From: Phoronis australis
Lineage: Eukaryota; Animalia; Phoronida
Assembly: GCA_002633005.1 (NCBI GenBank)
Contig: NMRA01000170.1
Span: 80,745 to 144,744, forward strand
DNA: 64,000 bases
Reading direction: 5' to 3'
In this document: piece after piece, positions 38,824 through 52,324 of the stretch
Position numbering within the stretch: the stretch's first letter is position 1
How the letters are laid out: every line of letters begins with the position of its first letter
Made by a program: the position numbers and the translations under genes
The notes under the pieces: model-generated
What the model was told of the DNA's origin: nothing
Database searches by the model: none
What the model saw: only the letters and a program-made list of their open reading frames with translations

Positions 38824-41800
38824 ATGATCATACAAGACTCGGTGGCACTAGTGACAGGGGGTGCCCGTGGCATTGGTGAGACGATAGCGGACGCGCTTCT
38901 GGAACGAGGTGCCAAGGTAACGGAAAATGTCTTATTATCTCGAACTTAGCTTCACTTTTCTCTTTCTTTGGAAACTGTTAGATTATCTTTTGGCACAACT
39001 CTAAACCAAAGCGTGAAATATATTTGAGCTATGACTAACGATTGGGAGCGATACCAGTTTTTCCACATGGAGACAATAAAAAATTACTGACCAACCATAG
39101 AGTACCTAGTTCTTATCCAAATGCTAGTGAATCGCGTTTTCAGTAGTCTACTAATTCTTTCTACTTAATTTATCAGACCCAACAAACAAATTCTGGTAAA
39201 ATTTTACTTCCCCAGTCTCTCGTAAGCTTTTCCATGCATGATAAAGACCCGAAAATTGAATAATTTTGGAAGTTTTATCTTGAATTGTCGAGATCATTTA
39301 TAACCAGGTTACGCTCTATGACCGGTACTCCAAAAACCGAAAAGTCTATCACGTACCTGTCGACGGAGAGCTGAAATAGCTCAGTCTTTAAGGTTATGTA
39401 AGACCTTATCGACATGTTTGTGCATTTAGCAAAATATTTAGAAACTATAGATTTTAACTCACATATTCAAATATACATTTTCTAGGTTCAAAGTCTTTAT
39501 AATTTGGTTATTGACTTTTCACCAATCTGTTATTAGTTGGGTCCTGTGACCATGTCATTTCACTAAAGTTTCCAAAAGTGCATGCATAAGCCAAACAACA
39601 TTATCAATAACATGATCAAAATTTATTTGATATAAATGTTCAAGGTGAGATATCAAAAACACTGTTACAGTTTTCCAAAATCTCGTTTCGCTTTGTGCAA
39701 CTTTGAAAATCATGAAAGCCCTATTTTTGGTAGCCTCTCGTACAAAAATGAAACATTTTAAAAACAAATCCTAATAACGATAGTTAGAACAGTGCAGAAT
39801 GTATGATATCTGAAAGTTTCATATGAATCCAAGCGGCCATCTCTGAGATATGATGTTTCAAAGTCATCCAAATTTGGCCATTTTTACAGGGTCCTACATA
39901 AAGTTAAACGAGAACATCAGACTGCTTTCCATCGGATGTTGTGAACTCACACGTGTAAATCTATTATAGAGCAATTGTAGGCTCTGTCTTCGTTATGGTC
40001 AAAAGTTTATGAATGTGAGACGTTTACAAAAGACAGTTCTAATGTAGTTCGCCTTCAGCTTCTCAACCTTCTAATTGTTTCTGGTATCTATACTTCTACC
40101 GTTGGAGTGCCGTCATACGTGTATGCCGTGAATGTTAGACGCAACAGGAATTCACAAGTCATACCTGTGCACACCTGTGCGGTGATCGACATCATTTTTG
40201 TGCCAAGAGAGTTGAAATATTTTCTTCAGTGGCTTACGAGCTCGGCTGGCAGTAATAAACGTGTCCAAAACGATAATATTTGGGGGAGCAAAAATTGAAG
40301 TAGATACAGGCCTCATGGATGTTGGATGTGTGGGGCCCCTAAGCTTTAACTTAGCTTAATAGCCCTTATCCGACACCATTGCAGGAGTCCATAATTACCT
40401 AGATCTCTCCTGAATCCTAATCACTTGACAATCATATCTACTTCAAGTAATGTTATCGAGGAAAAGACGGATGCAAACCGATTCAACGTTCACAATTTGG
40501 CTGTATACCAAATGTATGTACCCTTCCCTTGACTGAAAGCATTCATCGCCATGTTTCTACTGAATCAGTCATATACCATATGTTAGCAGATTTTAAAAAT
40601 GGGTTAATAGCAAACTTAATCTGAAAATTTGTCGAAAATTCAAGTCAAAAGTAGATTACGAGTTATGAGAGCCATTTTGGAAAGCATTGTTGTTACTGGA
40701 GAGGTCACCCTCGTTTTAATTATTTCAATAAATAAATAAATAAATCTACTCTAAACAATGTTGCGTATGTAGGCTTAAATAATGAACTAAAAGATAGTGT
40801 TTTCATTTAAACTGATCCCCAAACAATGGTATTTCAACACGCAATCAATTGTTTTATAAACAGTCAGGACTAAATTATGATTTTTTGAATTTCTGGTAAT
40901 GCACTTAAAATATTGGCTGCCACGGTTGAACCTGAATTTCACTTTTTAAGAATTGTTAATAAAAAAAAACTCAAATACATGCAAGATAGTTAAACACAAA
41001 ATGTTTCTGTCTCTTGTACCATGAAACTCTCTGTGTTCTAAATTGGTGAATATGAAGGAGATTACTAAATGACTGCCGAGGTCCATATGTTGTGTCTCAA
41101 TTCGTTGCGGAGTGTAAAACGATTAATTTCTTTCACCAGCCCGGAGTTTCTTTGATATCGTGGCATGTCGATTATATCTGTAACACAGTTTGTTTTCTCA
41201 TATTACGTTATCTTTCGTGATCCAATGTAGTGGAATGGGCGGTTATTTGTGTCGGTGTCAGCCATTTTTGGCTCTTTCTGTGCCCGCTATCACACACACA
41301 ATACGAATGCAATGACTTACGAATGCCTGATGTCTGTTGTAAACCCTAAATTATCCAAGCACAGTTGTCATGGAATTTTATATCAAAATACATCTGAATT
41401 AAAATTTTATACATGTTTACCTACAAAACTTTTTAAAACACGGTGGTCTTACCTTTTGACTTGCTAAATTGAACAAAATCTTTCCCGGTACATATTTAGA
41501 TCTCCCATTGTACATGTATAAAACACATGCGGCTGTCTCAGTTAAGATTGAATGAAAAATAGAACAGATTTTGGTAGTAACCTGATTTTTCTGGGTTGAC
41601 CATTAGTTGTTTACGGTATATATGCTATTTGGTCATTAATTTGAAGAATAACTTTCTTTCACGATATAATTGTAGGGACATGAGCAAAGGCGATTGTTTG
41701 TTTGCTTTTAACAAATGAGGCTATCAAATACTGAACAGGCGTCAAAATCAATGTGGGTTATCACCACTTTTTGTATTTACTAGACACAATGGATGTATTA

Positions 41801-44800
41801 GCGATCAGTTAATTGTCTGCCTATCTCTCCCAATACACTTGGCAACACATTTGAAATTTTACATAACCAGATAACTTCCACATATCTGTCAAGTATCAAC
41901 TTGGGATCACGTGACCACGGTGATAAAAGACCACTCAACGTCATTTGTACATAGCCTCTGTCCCTGTATAACATCGTGTATAAGTTACTACGCTAAGTGC
42001 GATAGATATTCTAATTTCATTTTTGTATGCCAAGCAAAATGGAGTTCATCTTTGATGTTCACGTCACTTAGTGTCTTACTAATGAATAAATGATTAAACG
42101 GGCATATAAGATGCCTCGTATCAAATTGATCAATCGGTCATTGTTGTCTTTATTCGTTAATACTTGCTCTCTCTTGAGACGTGTTTGTTTGGAACGTCTG
42201 TCGTGTTTTGAAAGTTATCATTCAGACCGTTGTTGAAGTGCATGGTTGTTTGAAAATAGGGCGAGTCTGCATTGAGCGCCAAACGTTGAAAATATTGGTA
42301 TATAAGACGGTATGCACTGTAAAGGTGATACGCGAATGCTACTAACGGGACATTGTCGTGTTTACTGCCAAAATCGCTTATTGGGGATAATTGTTGGATG
42401 GGGTAGACTTCTTAAAGTTGCTAAATTCGACCAGAGCTGTAAAACAATAAAAAGTGCTGCATTTTCATGGTTTTATTATAAATAGCAAATTCTCGCCGAA
42501 ATCGAGGCTAGCGACTTTTCCAGTTGAGCACGCTTCAAATACCCTCTCAAAAACTGAGTATAATTCAACTCGGCCAGTACAGCGTTTGACTACCTCGCCA
42601 AAGTTTTAGGTTTGATTACGAGCTGGGACTGGTTTCAAAAACAAGATTTTCTCGCCGATAATATAACTTTAACGCTTTTGCGCAAATTCCCGTTGCTATT
42701 TAAAAAGGATCGCCAAGACCTCTACTAGCAGCGTGAAAGGGTCGCATTCCTAATCTGATATCCAAATCAGCTATAGCTATTTGTCTTCAGTGAGATAAGA
42801 ACAGTTGCTGTTCAGATTTTCTAAAGCGACTTTATTACCTTCTCAGGCTCTTGTTGACTTATTAATTTACCGAACAATTTAACCGCCATCAGAGAAGTTC
42901 AACACTTCCGCCCTTCAGTCATCTTCGGTTAGTGAAGACTGATTAACAGCAGATTAACATAGTTCTGGCTCCAGCAATTCGGATAATTTATAAAACACAG
43001 AACTAAGCCAATTCACAACGTGGCCGTCATGATTTACCTGTGTCTTATGTGTGTAGACCATAAAGTATTTTTGAAAATATTGAAAATGCAAAATGGTATA
43101 CTTTCAAAACAATGTTTTTTCATGTTATATGAAAGGCAATTGCGCGATCAAAATAATTGGTGTACGAGTATCAAACATTTGCTGTATACAACTGGTTTCG
43201 GTCATGTACGGTTGAACCAGAGTTGGTGATGCACGATATTTTTGTCGGAATTCAAACAAAGGTTGAGAGATGTCAAGAGAGGTGTATGCACGTAATTCTT
43301 TATAATAACCTTGAACAAATTGTTGAAAGCAAAAAAATGAGCAACCTCTCACTGAACATTTATAAACGACGCCTCGTAAAATACTGACAAGTCGGAAGCA
43401 CTTATTAAGTGTCCTGTTTCAATTTTTGCATATTGCTAATGTTCAAGGAAAGTTGAGAATGGGCAAACACCGAAGAACTTTCGTTGAGAGATTGTTGTGT
43501 GATTCTAAAAATAGCCAAAGAAGAGAACGTAATCATGCACGTCAGGAATTTGTGTCAGTTCGAAGATCACATGTGGCACTTCCTATGAGATGCATTTTGC
43601 CGCCTATTTTAGCACTTGGTGTCTCTAGTGTGCGCATTCTGTTGGATTTTTGAATATGATTCAAGACACTTAGGATAGACTCCAGTTCTAACTATAAACG
43701 GTAAACTCGAATACTTCATGACGTTGATGGTGATGTTTGTCGATGACGACGTCGACGACGACGACGACAACGACGACGACGACGACGATGATGATAACGA
43801 TGATGGCGATGGTGGCTGTGATGATGTACTACATATTTTGCATCATATTTTTGGGTAATGCTGTTCTACGCCATGACACAGGAAATGTGAAATGAAATTG
43901 ACTTATTAAAGGAATTTCAAAACTGGATATGACACGAACACATGTAGTAATCGGAGTGGACAAATTCTTAAGTTTGATATAATTTTACTCGCCATTTTGA
44001 ATATGATTATTTCAGGTTTGTATAGTTGATATTCTCGACGCAGGTCGAGCCACAAGCAAATCATTCGAATCAAAATATGGTGAAGGACGAGTGATGTTTG
44101 TTCAAGCGGATGTGACGTCTAAGGAGGAACTGGAAGGTAATGGTTTGAGTATACAGGGCCATCGCTCACCAGATGGGAAAGGGTGATGTATCTTCTGAGA
44201 GGGAAATTATTAGATGGAGGGGAAAATCCCCGGGCCCCACCAATGCCACATTCCATTCTCCGTCGCCACTCTTCATCGGCATTGCCTCAAGTAACCAAAC
44301 TGGCTCGAACCTTGAGTGGAGTTTTCATCATTGCAGGGGAATTTCTGTGCGTGATGAGGGGTATTTCAAGTAATTTTTAAATGGTTGTCGTATGGAAATG
44401 AGGTCAGTATCCGGTCCCAAGATCGAGGCATCCGGTCAATAAACTAGCCCAGAACATACATGCGCAAAACTAGATTTTTTCTTTTATGTTAGGCCACACA
44501 AGCCATTTCATTTTCCATAAGTAATTGCATGTCATCGTAGCATTTTCAACTGGTTGCTCTGATAATACGTCCCAGATCTGATAGGACACGCAATGCACTG
44601 GAGTGTGTCTGGTTGTGGATCGAGATAAAAACGTATTGTGCGCCTATTTCAGTTTAGTGGCGTTATTTGCACTTGCAGTTCGTATTGATAATCCTGCATG
44701 TATACATTACATGCGCGCACACAGGGGTGGGGGTGGCTCGAGGGGGGGGGCGAAGTATACAAAAAGGTCCGCTTCAGAGAAACAAAAACTCCGAAATAAA

Positions 44801-47800
44801 GTAGAAAATGAGACAAAAGTCCACTAAAAAGCATGAACTACCAAAAGTCGACGAATGCACAATTCATAGCTCTGAACGCTCCCCGTGAATCTTAGTAAAA
44901 GGTTCACAATCTCAAAAATTCGAGCCCCCCAATTTTTAAGGCTGGGTGCGTGCATGCATTATACAAGTCCGTTAATAGCCGAGAACAAAACCCTTGTCTA
45001 TACTTACAAGTTGTCACGATATTTGTAATTAAGATTGCATGCCATCGTTATATGCTGTATCAAAAAAGCAACCCAGAGAGTTCCTTTATGACACTCGAGG
45101 GAGCAATTACTTATGGAAAATGAAATGGCTTGTGTGGCCTAACATAAAAGAAAATCAAAGATATTAGTATCTGAACGAAACTGAAAAGATCTGCGGGTGT
45201 TGTATTGGCCAAAGTATCACGAAACTACGTTTTGCTCATCAAATCTCTATCCACGTGACGACGCAAACAAATTGGTAGGATTTCCGGATTCTCTAAACAA
45301 AAGTGCTACGTTGGGAAAAACTCGGTGCATGGATTGATTCTTTGCAATTTTTCTAAGTACATATGCATACATGATGGCAAGCAAAACCTCATCACAAATG
45401 TTAGTGTGCAGAGGATTAACGAAGCTAAAGCAGGCGTAATGTTATTAACGTGGCCGGTGAAGGTGGACTTCAAGACTCGTAGCTAACCCAGTATTTTAAT
45501 TACTGGCGATGTCTGAATATGCAAAACGTCAACTTCGTCAGTTAGAACTTTGCGATCTTAAAGGTGGCGTTCACAACAATTAACGGTCTGTGACCGTCTT
45601 AGCTGAGAAAAGGCGTGCAAGCTTTGACAAAACGAGCCCCTGGCCACTAGGTTGTTTCACAAACGTGTCAGACTTGATGAATTTTATAGGCCCATGGTAC
45701 ATAAATGAAAAAACCAGGGGCCTACATTATTCAAGTATCACGGGGTATAGACTAAAAATATAATTGCAGGTGCTTTTCAGCAAACACAGGGGACGTTTGG
45801 AAAGGTTGACATTTTAGTAAACAACGCGGGAATAATGAACGAACACGACTGGTTGAGGACCATAGGAGTGAATTTGGTGAGTTCGATATAGAAGAGTCGT
45901 AATGATAACAGAATCACATCATTTTCGACCAAAGTGTGTAATGTTATGAATGGACACTCATTGCCATTACATTTCGTCACTAAGCAATAACATGGGAATT
46001 CCCAGAAGAAATAAACCAGATGAAGTAACCGTTGCTTCAGGAATTAGTGTATCAGATAGTATGATGTACTTATATTGTATTCTCCGCGTATTACTTTTTG
46101 CTGCAGATAGCTGTAGTGACGGGATCAAAACTCGCTCAGTCTGCAATGGCTTCTGGTAATGGCGGAGTGATAGTCAACATAGCCTCGACATCAGGTAAAT
46201 AAAAACAGAGGCAGTTCATAAATACAAGACAAAATGTTGTAAGTGTAGATTAAAACGAAGTCTCATTCAGCTTTCTATGGTGAAAGAAAACTTTCCTAAC
46301 CTCCAGTGGAGGAGCTAGATGAGTGTAATAGCAGGTCACCAGATGGCGCTTGTGATCAATGCACCACCGGCAATTAGATGGCCTTGGAGTGTCGGCCAGA
46401 ATGGCTACATCTACAGTGTCTAAGTTTTTGTTTCAGGCATTTACCCATTCTCACTTGCACCCGTCTACTCAGCGTCAAAAACAGCCGTTGTGGGGTTTAC
46501 AAAAAGTTGTGCTGTAAGTTCTTACAAGGTGAAATCAGCCAAGCAATGTTTAAAACTGTACGTTTATTCGAAACGTTCTGACTTAGGGAGGGTGTCACTG
46601 ACCTCGTCTTTTATGCCAGCGAACAACGTATTTTTCCTTCAAGTATCGGTATTGGCTGAGAAAAGTTAAATAACTCTTGGTTAAAGCTGGCCAAGCGAAT
46701 TTAATCTGTTTAACAAAGTATTCGACGAGACGTAGCCTAATCAGAAACCTTCTGATGATGTTCGAATTTTCTGTCTGGAAATTTGTGTGAATTTGGAGAT
46801 GTGTCACTGGTGTGACGAATTTCATAAAAAATGCAATACAACAAATGAGGATTTGACTGACGGCTTAAATTTTTCGCTGTTCAAAGTGAATACAGACGTC
46901 TTTAATTTGTTCAATGAAGCTTTGATGCGGAAGGAAAACGCTGAAGGAAGATTCATAATTGCATGAAAAGTCAAACTTTTAGAGGTTTACCACTGCTAAA
47001 GACAAAGGGAATTTATTTTTTCCCCAAATGTTTCAGTTAAGTCCAGATTACGCGCATAATGGCATCCGAATGAACTGTCTGTGCCCGGGGCCCACCAAGA
47101 CACCCATAGTTAACGACATCAACGAGACGACAATGACTCACTTCAGTACAATGATGGCCACGTTTCAGAAGGCTCAGGAGCTGGGTATGTTACTCGAGTA
47201 GGTATTACTGCGCGGTTATGTGTCAGCGCGCGTGCATACACATTCGCGTGCTTGGCCGAAATTAAGTTACGTGTAAGTTAAACATGCAGAGTAACATTAA
47301 TTAACGTTGTTCAATGTGTATCTTTAAAGTAGCTACTCCAGAAAACTCTTCAAACTTTTTGAGCTTGCCATATCTAAAACTGTGAATTCGAACATGGTGC
47401 ATGAACCTGTGACTTGTTTTGAGTCGGTAACCAAAATAAAATCTTATCACGGTAAGAAACATTAGGAGACCGATTTTATGAGAGCAAAACTAATTAATTT
47501 TCGCTCTTTTTCAAACAGAGCGCTTTAAGGCTTTAACCAGGAATTTTTTCTTTTAAGTGAAGATGCACGTAACACCGTACTGGTTCTGATGCAACTCAAA
47601 GGATGTTTCAGTGGCATTTTCCTTTGCCGGAAACACCTTTCCAGGGCTGGATAGCTTTGATTACAGTATGACGTCAAAAGCATTGTTCAACAGTACAGCT
47701 TGACGTGCGATAGTGTGACGTGTCTATTGTTTTCCAGCGTACAGCTTTTATGGAGCTGGACCCAGGTGTTGAAATTTGCCTTTCAACGACGTCAGTGACG

Positions 47801-48199
47801 CACAAATCTAATAGATAACAATTCGTCGTATAATTCTTAGTGTAAGCAAACAGATCCACGGCTAAGTACTCCACTTAGTGAAGTTGATAAAGGTGTATGA
47901 TTACCTTCCTATAATTCTTTCAGGCAAGTTAATGTTTAGTGCTAAGTATGATATTAGACTACAAAACTTTTCACCGCCAAAGAATTCATTGACATTTAGT
48001 ACCACCTAAATTTTGAAATTACGCGTTTTTATTGTTTCTTGTCAGACCGGCAGCTATGGTAGATGGTGTTATGCAGTTGATAGAAGACGATACCAAAACC
48101 GGCGAGATTGTGGCGGTAACATCACGTGGTACGGAGATCATGCCATATCCGCATGACCCCATGATTGCCATGGGAAAGACTGAAATGGAGAAACCGTGA
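38824..48199 (+). CDS. HPGD: 15-hydroxyprostaglandin dehydrogenase [NAD+]-like classical SDR, 7 exons: 38824-38916, 44016-44136, 45770-45876, 46107-46194, 46437-46513, 47037-47197, 48046-48199; 266 aa
   Basis: GT-AG introns, 801 nt spliced. VALVTGGARGIG, acidic VD after beta-2, DVTS, DILVNNAGI, GGVIVNIAS, PVYSASK, MNCLCPGPTKT, MQLIEDD. Intron phases 0,1,0,1,0,2 match vertebrate HPGD as I recall them. Orthologue versus paralogue status not established. Confidence 0.88.
39392..39903. mobile_element. TTAA-flanked non-autonomous DNA element (~510 bp); related partial copy at ~20761-21170
   Basis: TTAA|GGTTATGTAAGACC ... GGGTCCTACATAAAG|TTAA. Internal sequence (gtgcatgca..aacaa..ataacatga.caaa...tttgtgcaactttgaaa) recurs at 20930-21070, which begins taaggttacgtagggcc. 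Confidence 0.55.
43050..43450 (+). mobile_element. Degenerate non-LTR retrotransposon ORF2 C-terminal fragment (RTE-X/L2-group-like), HPGD intron 1
   Basis: KVFLKILKMQ..LSKQCFFMLYE...NNWCTSIKHLLYTTGFGHVRLNQ, then frameshifted FLSEFKQRLRD, a pattern typical of post-RT regions of invertebrate LINEs. Confidence 0.6.
43720..43828. repeat. (GAC/GAT)n trinucleotide low-complexity tract
   Basis: Seen directly. Confidence 0.9.
44477..45154. mobile_element. Element with perfect 52-bp inverted termini containing a nested CATG-ended MITE (44710-44956)
   Basis: 44477-44528 is the exact reverse complement of 45103-45154. The nested element CATGCGCGCAC...GTGCGTGCATG is flanked by CATTA on both sides. Confidence 0.75.
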
Positions 48200-49030
48200 G
48201 TCACACGCCTGCTGGAAGCGTCAGGCCGCGCCTTTAAAAAGACAAAACTTCCAGCCTGTACGCCAAGCATTCAAGATGGACATGTTTCAAAATGTGCTGA
48301 AAACCAAGAAAAGCCAATTTGATGGACTAGTTGCCTTAACGAAGAGCCAATTGAACGAGATGTTAAGTGCCGTCCACACCACGAGTTACGCCAGGACAAG
48401 TTATTTCTGGAACGAGGTACGGTAACTTGTTCTAGAGTAATTTCCCCCAGCGCACGTCGTAGTGTGAACGCAAACCTGTAGACAAGGCGGAAGTAATTAT
48501 CAGCTGAGCGATTGTTCCGTTACACTAATTGGGTGTCTAATCATTTTGGNNNNNNNNNNNNNNNNNNNNNNNNNNNNNNNNNNNNNNNNNNNNNNNNNNN
48601 NNNNNNNNNNNNNNNNNNNNNNNNNNNNNNNNNNNNNNNNNNNNNNNNCCATGGGAAAGACTGAAATGGAGAAACCGTGAGTCACACGCCTGCTGGAAGC
48701 GTCAGGCCGCGCCTTTAAAAAGATAAAGCTTCCAGCCTGTACGCCAAGCATTCAAGATGGACATGTTTCAAAATGTGCTGAAAACCAAGAAAAGCCAATT
48801 TGATGGACTAGTTGCCTTAACGAAGAGCCAATTGAACGAGATGTTAAGTGCCGTCCACACCACGAGTTACCCCAGGACAAGTTATTTCTGGAACGAGGTA
48901 CGGTAACGTGTTCTAGAGTAATTTCCCCCAGCGCACGTCGTAGTGTGAACGCAAACCTGTAGACAAGGCGGAAGTAATTATCAGCTGAGCGATTGTTCCG
49001 TTACACTAATTGGGTGTCTAATCATTTTGG
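48168..49030 (+). other. 382-bp direct duplication flanking a 99-N gap (48168-48549 / 48649-49030); probable assembly artefact
   Basis: Copies abut the gap exactly and differ by a few substitutions (gacaaaact/gataaagct, gccagg/cccagg, aacttgtt/aacgtgtt). Confidence 0.85.
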
Positions 49031-49152
49031 CTTCATATTTGTTGCATGATGTAAGGTGTGTAGTGAGGACGTTAGCTTGAACGGGGTAAAGTTGCTCCAC
49101 GGCAAGTTGTTCTAGGTCAACTCATGGTATGTACACATGGACACGACTTCAG

Positions 49153-49384
49153 CATGTGCGCACCCAGGTGGGGAGGGGGGGGGGGCTTGTCGAAATGGGC
49201 AAAAATGTTCGCCCTAGAGAAACAAAAAGTCCGAATAAAGTAGAAAACGAGACAAAAATCCACTAAAAAGGCAGCGATTTGGCGGATGCACAAATCATTG
49301 CTCTGAATGTACCTCGTTTTTTAGGGAAAAGTCCATGTTTTCGAAAGTTCAAGCCCCCTACTTTTTAGGCTGGGTGCGCGCATG
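49153..49384 (+). mobile_element. Second copy of the CATG-ended MITE seen at 44710-44956
   Basis: CATGTGCGCACCCAG...CTGGGTGCGCGCATG termini; shared core agagaaacaaaaa.tccga.ataaagtagaaaa.gagacaaaa.tccactaaaaag. Confidence 0.8.
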
Positions 49385-51219
49385 ATTTTAGGCATCTTTA
49401 AAAATCCAGAGGTGTGCGAACTGCATTTTGCAGCTTGCGTCAATTTTAACGTGTTCCATAAAATAGTTTCAATTATAATTTCAAAATTGAGCTCTAACGA
49501 AATTTTAGGTCAATGCACTTGATTGGCATAAAATGTGTTGTGTGTAACATTTTAGAATTTGCGTCACAGGTGACTTGTAAGCCCAAGAGTCTGCACATGT
49601 TTTGTTCTCTCATGTTCATTTGGACTGGATTGTATACTGATGAATCCATGTCACTATAACAATAGATAAACGAATAAAATTATTATTATTGTTATTATTA
49701 TTATTATTATTTTTACTTTTAGGCGCAACGTTGGTAGCTATTCATCATAATTATATAAACCCCATTATTCGGTAATCTGAACTCTTAACAATTGACAACT
49801 GTACCCCTAGTTGAATTCAGTATTGTAGGTATGTTTGTTTATTGTGACAATCGGAGTATGTAGATAGTGGTCCAAAAATTGTATTCGACTCCTAATGGGT
49901 CGATCGAAAATCGGACACGCTTTATTTCAATCAAGTCGTATGCGACTTTTTAGCTCTGAAAGTCCAGTCGGAATATTTGTCTGCAAACTCTGATTAACTT
50001 TATACGCCAGAAGATTAATAAGTCGAATTCCGTTAATCAGATCGTAGACAGGGCTTTACTTATTTTATTTGTACATATCTGGGTATGCCCAGTCAATTGA
50101 TGCCCCTGTCCTAAATGGTACTGATGTTGTCCTGGCTGGGTTTTTACATGCTTGTTCATGAGGTTTAGACACAAGTACAAGCAAGGCGTTTTATGTAAAT
50201 TTAAATATTCGGTCGGTAAGTTAGAATTGGAAATCTGAGTTTATTTAGCCCACTATACAAACGTTTCATAAAAACAGTTCATGTTTGCAAAGAACGAGAC
50301 ATTTTCTGCATCAAATAAAAGCGGCAATGTTTTGAATACCCAGCTCAGTGGTGTTCGTCTCTTAATTGAAGACATTAAATTTTAAAATTGAATTCAAGTT
50401 TTCGCTTTTACTCGCAAAGCCTTGCGCAACACGAACCATAATTGCTTCTATTGTTGTATTTGTATTGTTCATGATATCATTATTATTCATTACAATGATT
50501 TTTATGTTCATTATCACATATTAACTTAATTTTCATTATAGAGGTCTCATTCGTTGCTCAAATTTCAACTCCTTGTCAACTGTGTTGTGCAAATTTAGAA
50601 ACCCGCATCAAGGCCTCAGAAACCACTATCCATTAGAGAAAGCCTGCGTAAACTTGCATACCACGATTACTTAGTGCAAAGAACACATTGTTGTCTTCTT
50701 TTTGCTACAAAACAAACTTTCTAAGGTCAGAACGAGAGCTTGGGTGAGTTCATTTAGACACCATGTAGTTCCATTTCTGCGTGGTTCATACTGGTCATTA
50801 TCCAGACACTGCGGCGTGGACATGAGATGTTACTATAATCACATTTATTTTGAATTAATCAGTGAAGTAGGTGCCGTCAAATTATGATATACAACCTAGA
50901 ATGGATCTAAGAAGTGTACCACAGGATAATGTACACAACGTTGACGTTCATGATACAGTTGCGGTGCTTCATCTTTGGCAGACCGTGGAATTATTTTATG
51001 ACGTAGCTCATGCAGTCGTGTTTGCAAAATAATATTGATGCTAATGAAAACAATTGCCGCAATTTTTAGGAATTTAATTGTAATTAACATGAGACAAAGT
51101 TAAACATCATAAGATTCATTCATGCTACAGAAGGTAATCAGTACAATACGTATTAACAGAATCTATGCGACAGCACGGGTATAACAAACAAAAGGCAGAA
51201 CTTGGAAACGATACCTTAA

Positions 51220-51764
51220 AGAGGCATGGACCGCAAAAGCTCATCAAAAATATCTATTAAACAATTCCTGACGAAAGTTCCGTCTCGCAACGTAGAGTAC
51301 AGAGTAATTCACTTCCCCCTGTGAGGAAACCTCCAGACAAAATCACAAAATTCACAATTTTTTGAATTACGCGCGAAGGAAAAATTCTGTGGTTAACACA
51401 GAGTTTCTAATGTCCCTCCCATTTATGGTAAATGCGCACATGCGCTCACACTCAGTTGATTGAAGTCGCTTGAGGTCGAAGGTCACATTTTATATATAGG
51501 GGAAATGTGCTACGTCTTTGTCTTGCCATTCCAAATAAGGAGATGTGCTTTGCCTTGTGGGAGAAAAATCGACGAACTAGCGAGTAGCTTACAGGTCGTT
51601 ATTTTAATTTGAAACTAAAAGGAAATGCTTTGGTATCAACAAAAATAAAAAATATTTACGAACAAATCCTAAAAATACCTGGTGATCAGGTTGAAATCTG
51701 TTTCAGCGGCAGAGAACCACCTTCAATATTGCAATTTAGTCTGTTTGTCACGATCCAGGCCTCT
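51220..51764. mobile_element. 545-bp TTAA-flanked Kolobok-type non-autonomous element
   Basis: TTAA|AGAGGCATGGACCG ... CGATCCAGGCCTCT|TTAA (12/14 inverted match); RR...YY termini with TTAA TSD are Kolobok hallmarks. Confidence 0.7.
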
Positions 51765-52324
51765 TTAATTCATTAAGACGTCCTTAAAACTGAATCCCGC
51801 CCACGAAAGCAACTGTAAATAGCCAGAACTCAAACTTCTGGGATTTTCGTCTCGATAGGTTCCTAACGAAAATAAACTAATTGATTTTATCACACCAGGA
51901 GTCGTTTTTAACATTTCTTAGCATCTTTTGTTGTTTTTCCAGCAAAGTTCTATTAAATTAATTAACAAACCACAATTGTTAATATTCGTAAACATGAGGA
52001 GAATGGCTGAAAGTACATTTACAGCTGTTCTGAATGCGAACCTGCCTTCTGTCAAAATTGACCTTCGCTTTAAACTACTTACGGTAATAAAAGTTGGTGT
52101 GACAGTTCATTATTGCTCAATACCAGACTTCATAAAATCACTAGATCCGGAGGATCCGGTCTATTTTCCACCGAGTGTGACCTCACGCAATCACGCATCT
52201 GTCAGTTCTTCCTAATGCGAGTAGTAAGGCATTAGTTGTTTCCTTACGTACTGGCTGTTGCATGACAATTTTGTCAACCAAGGCTTTCCAAGAAATGTTC
52301 TACTTTCATTGTTATTGCAAAAAA

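Noticed and set aside
48168-49030. Apparent tandem duplication of the HPGD-like 3' end
   Set aside because: Copies abut a 99-N gap exactly and differ by a few SNPs, typical of unmerged haplotype contig ends.
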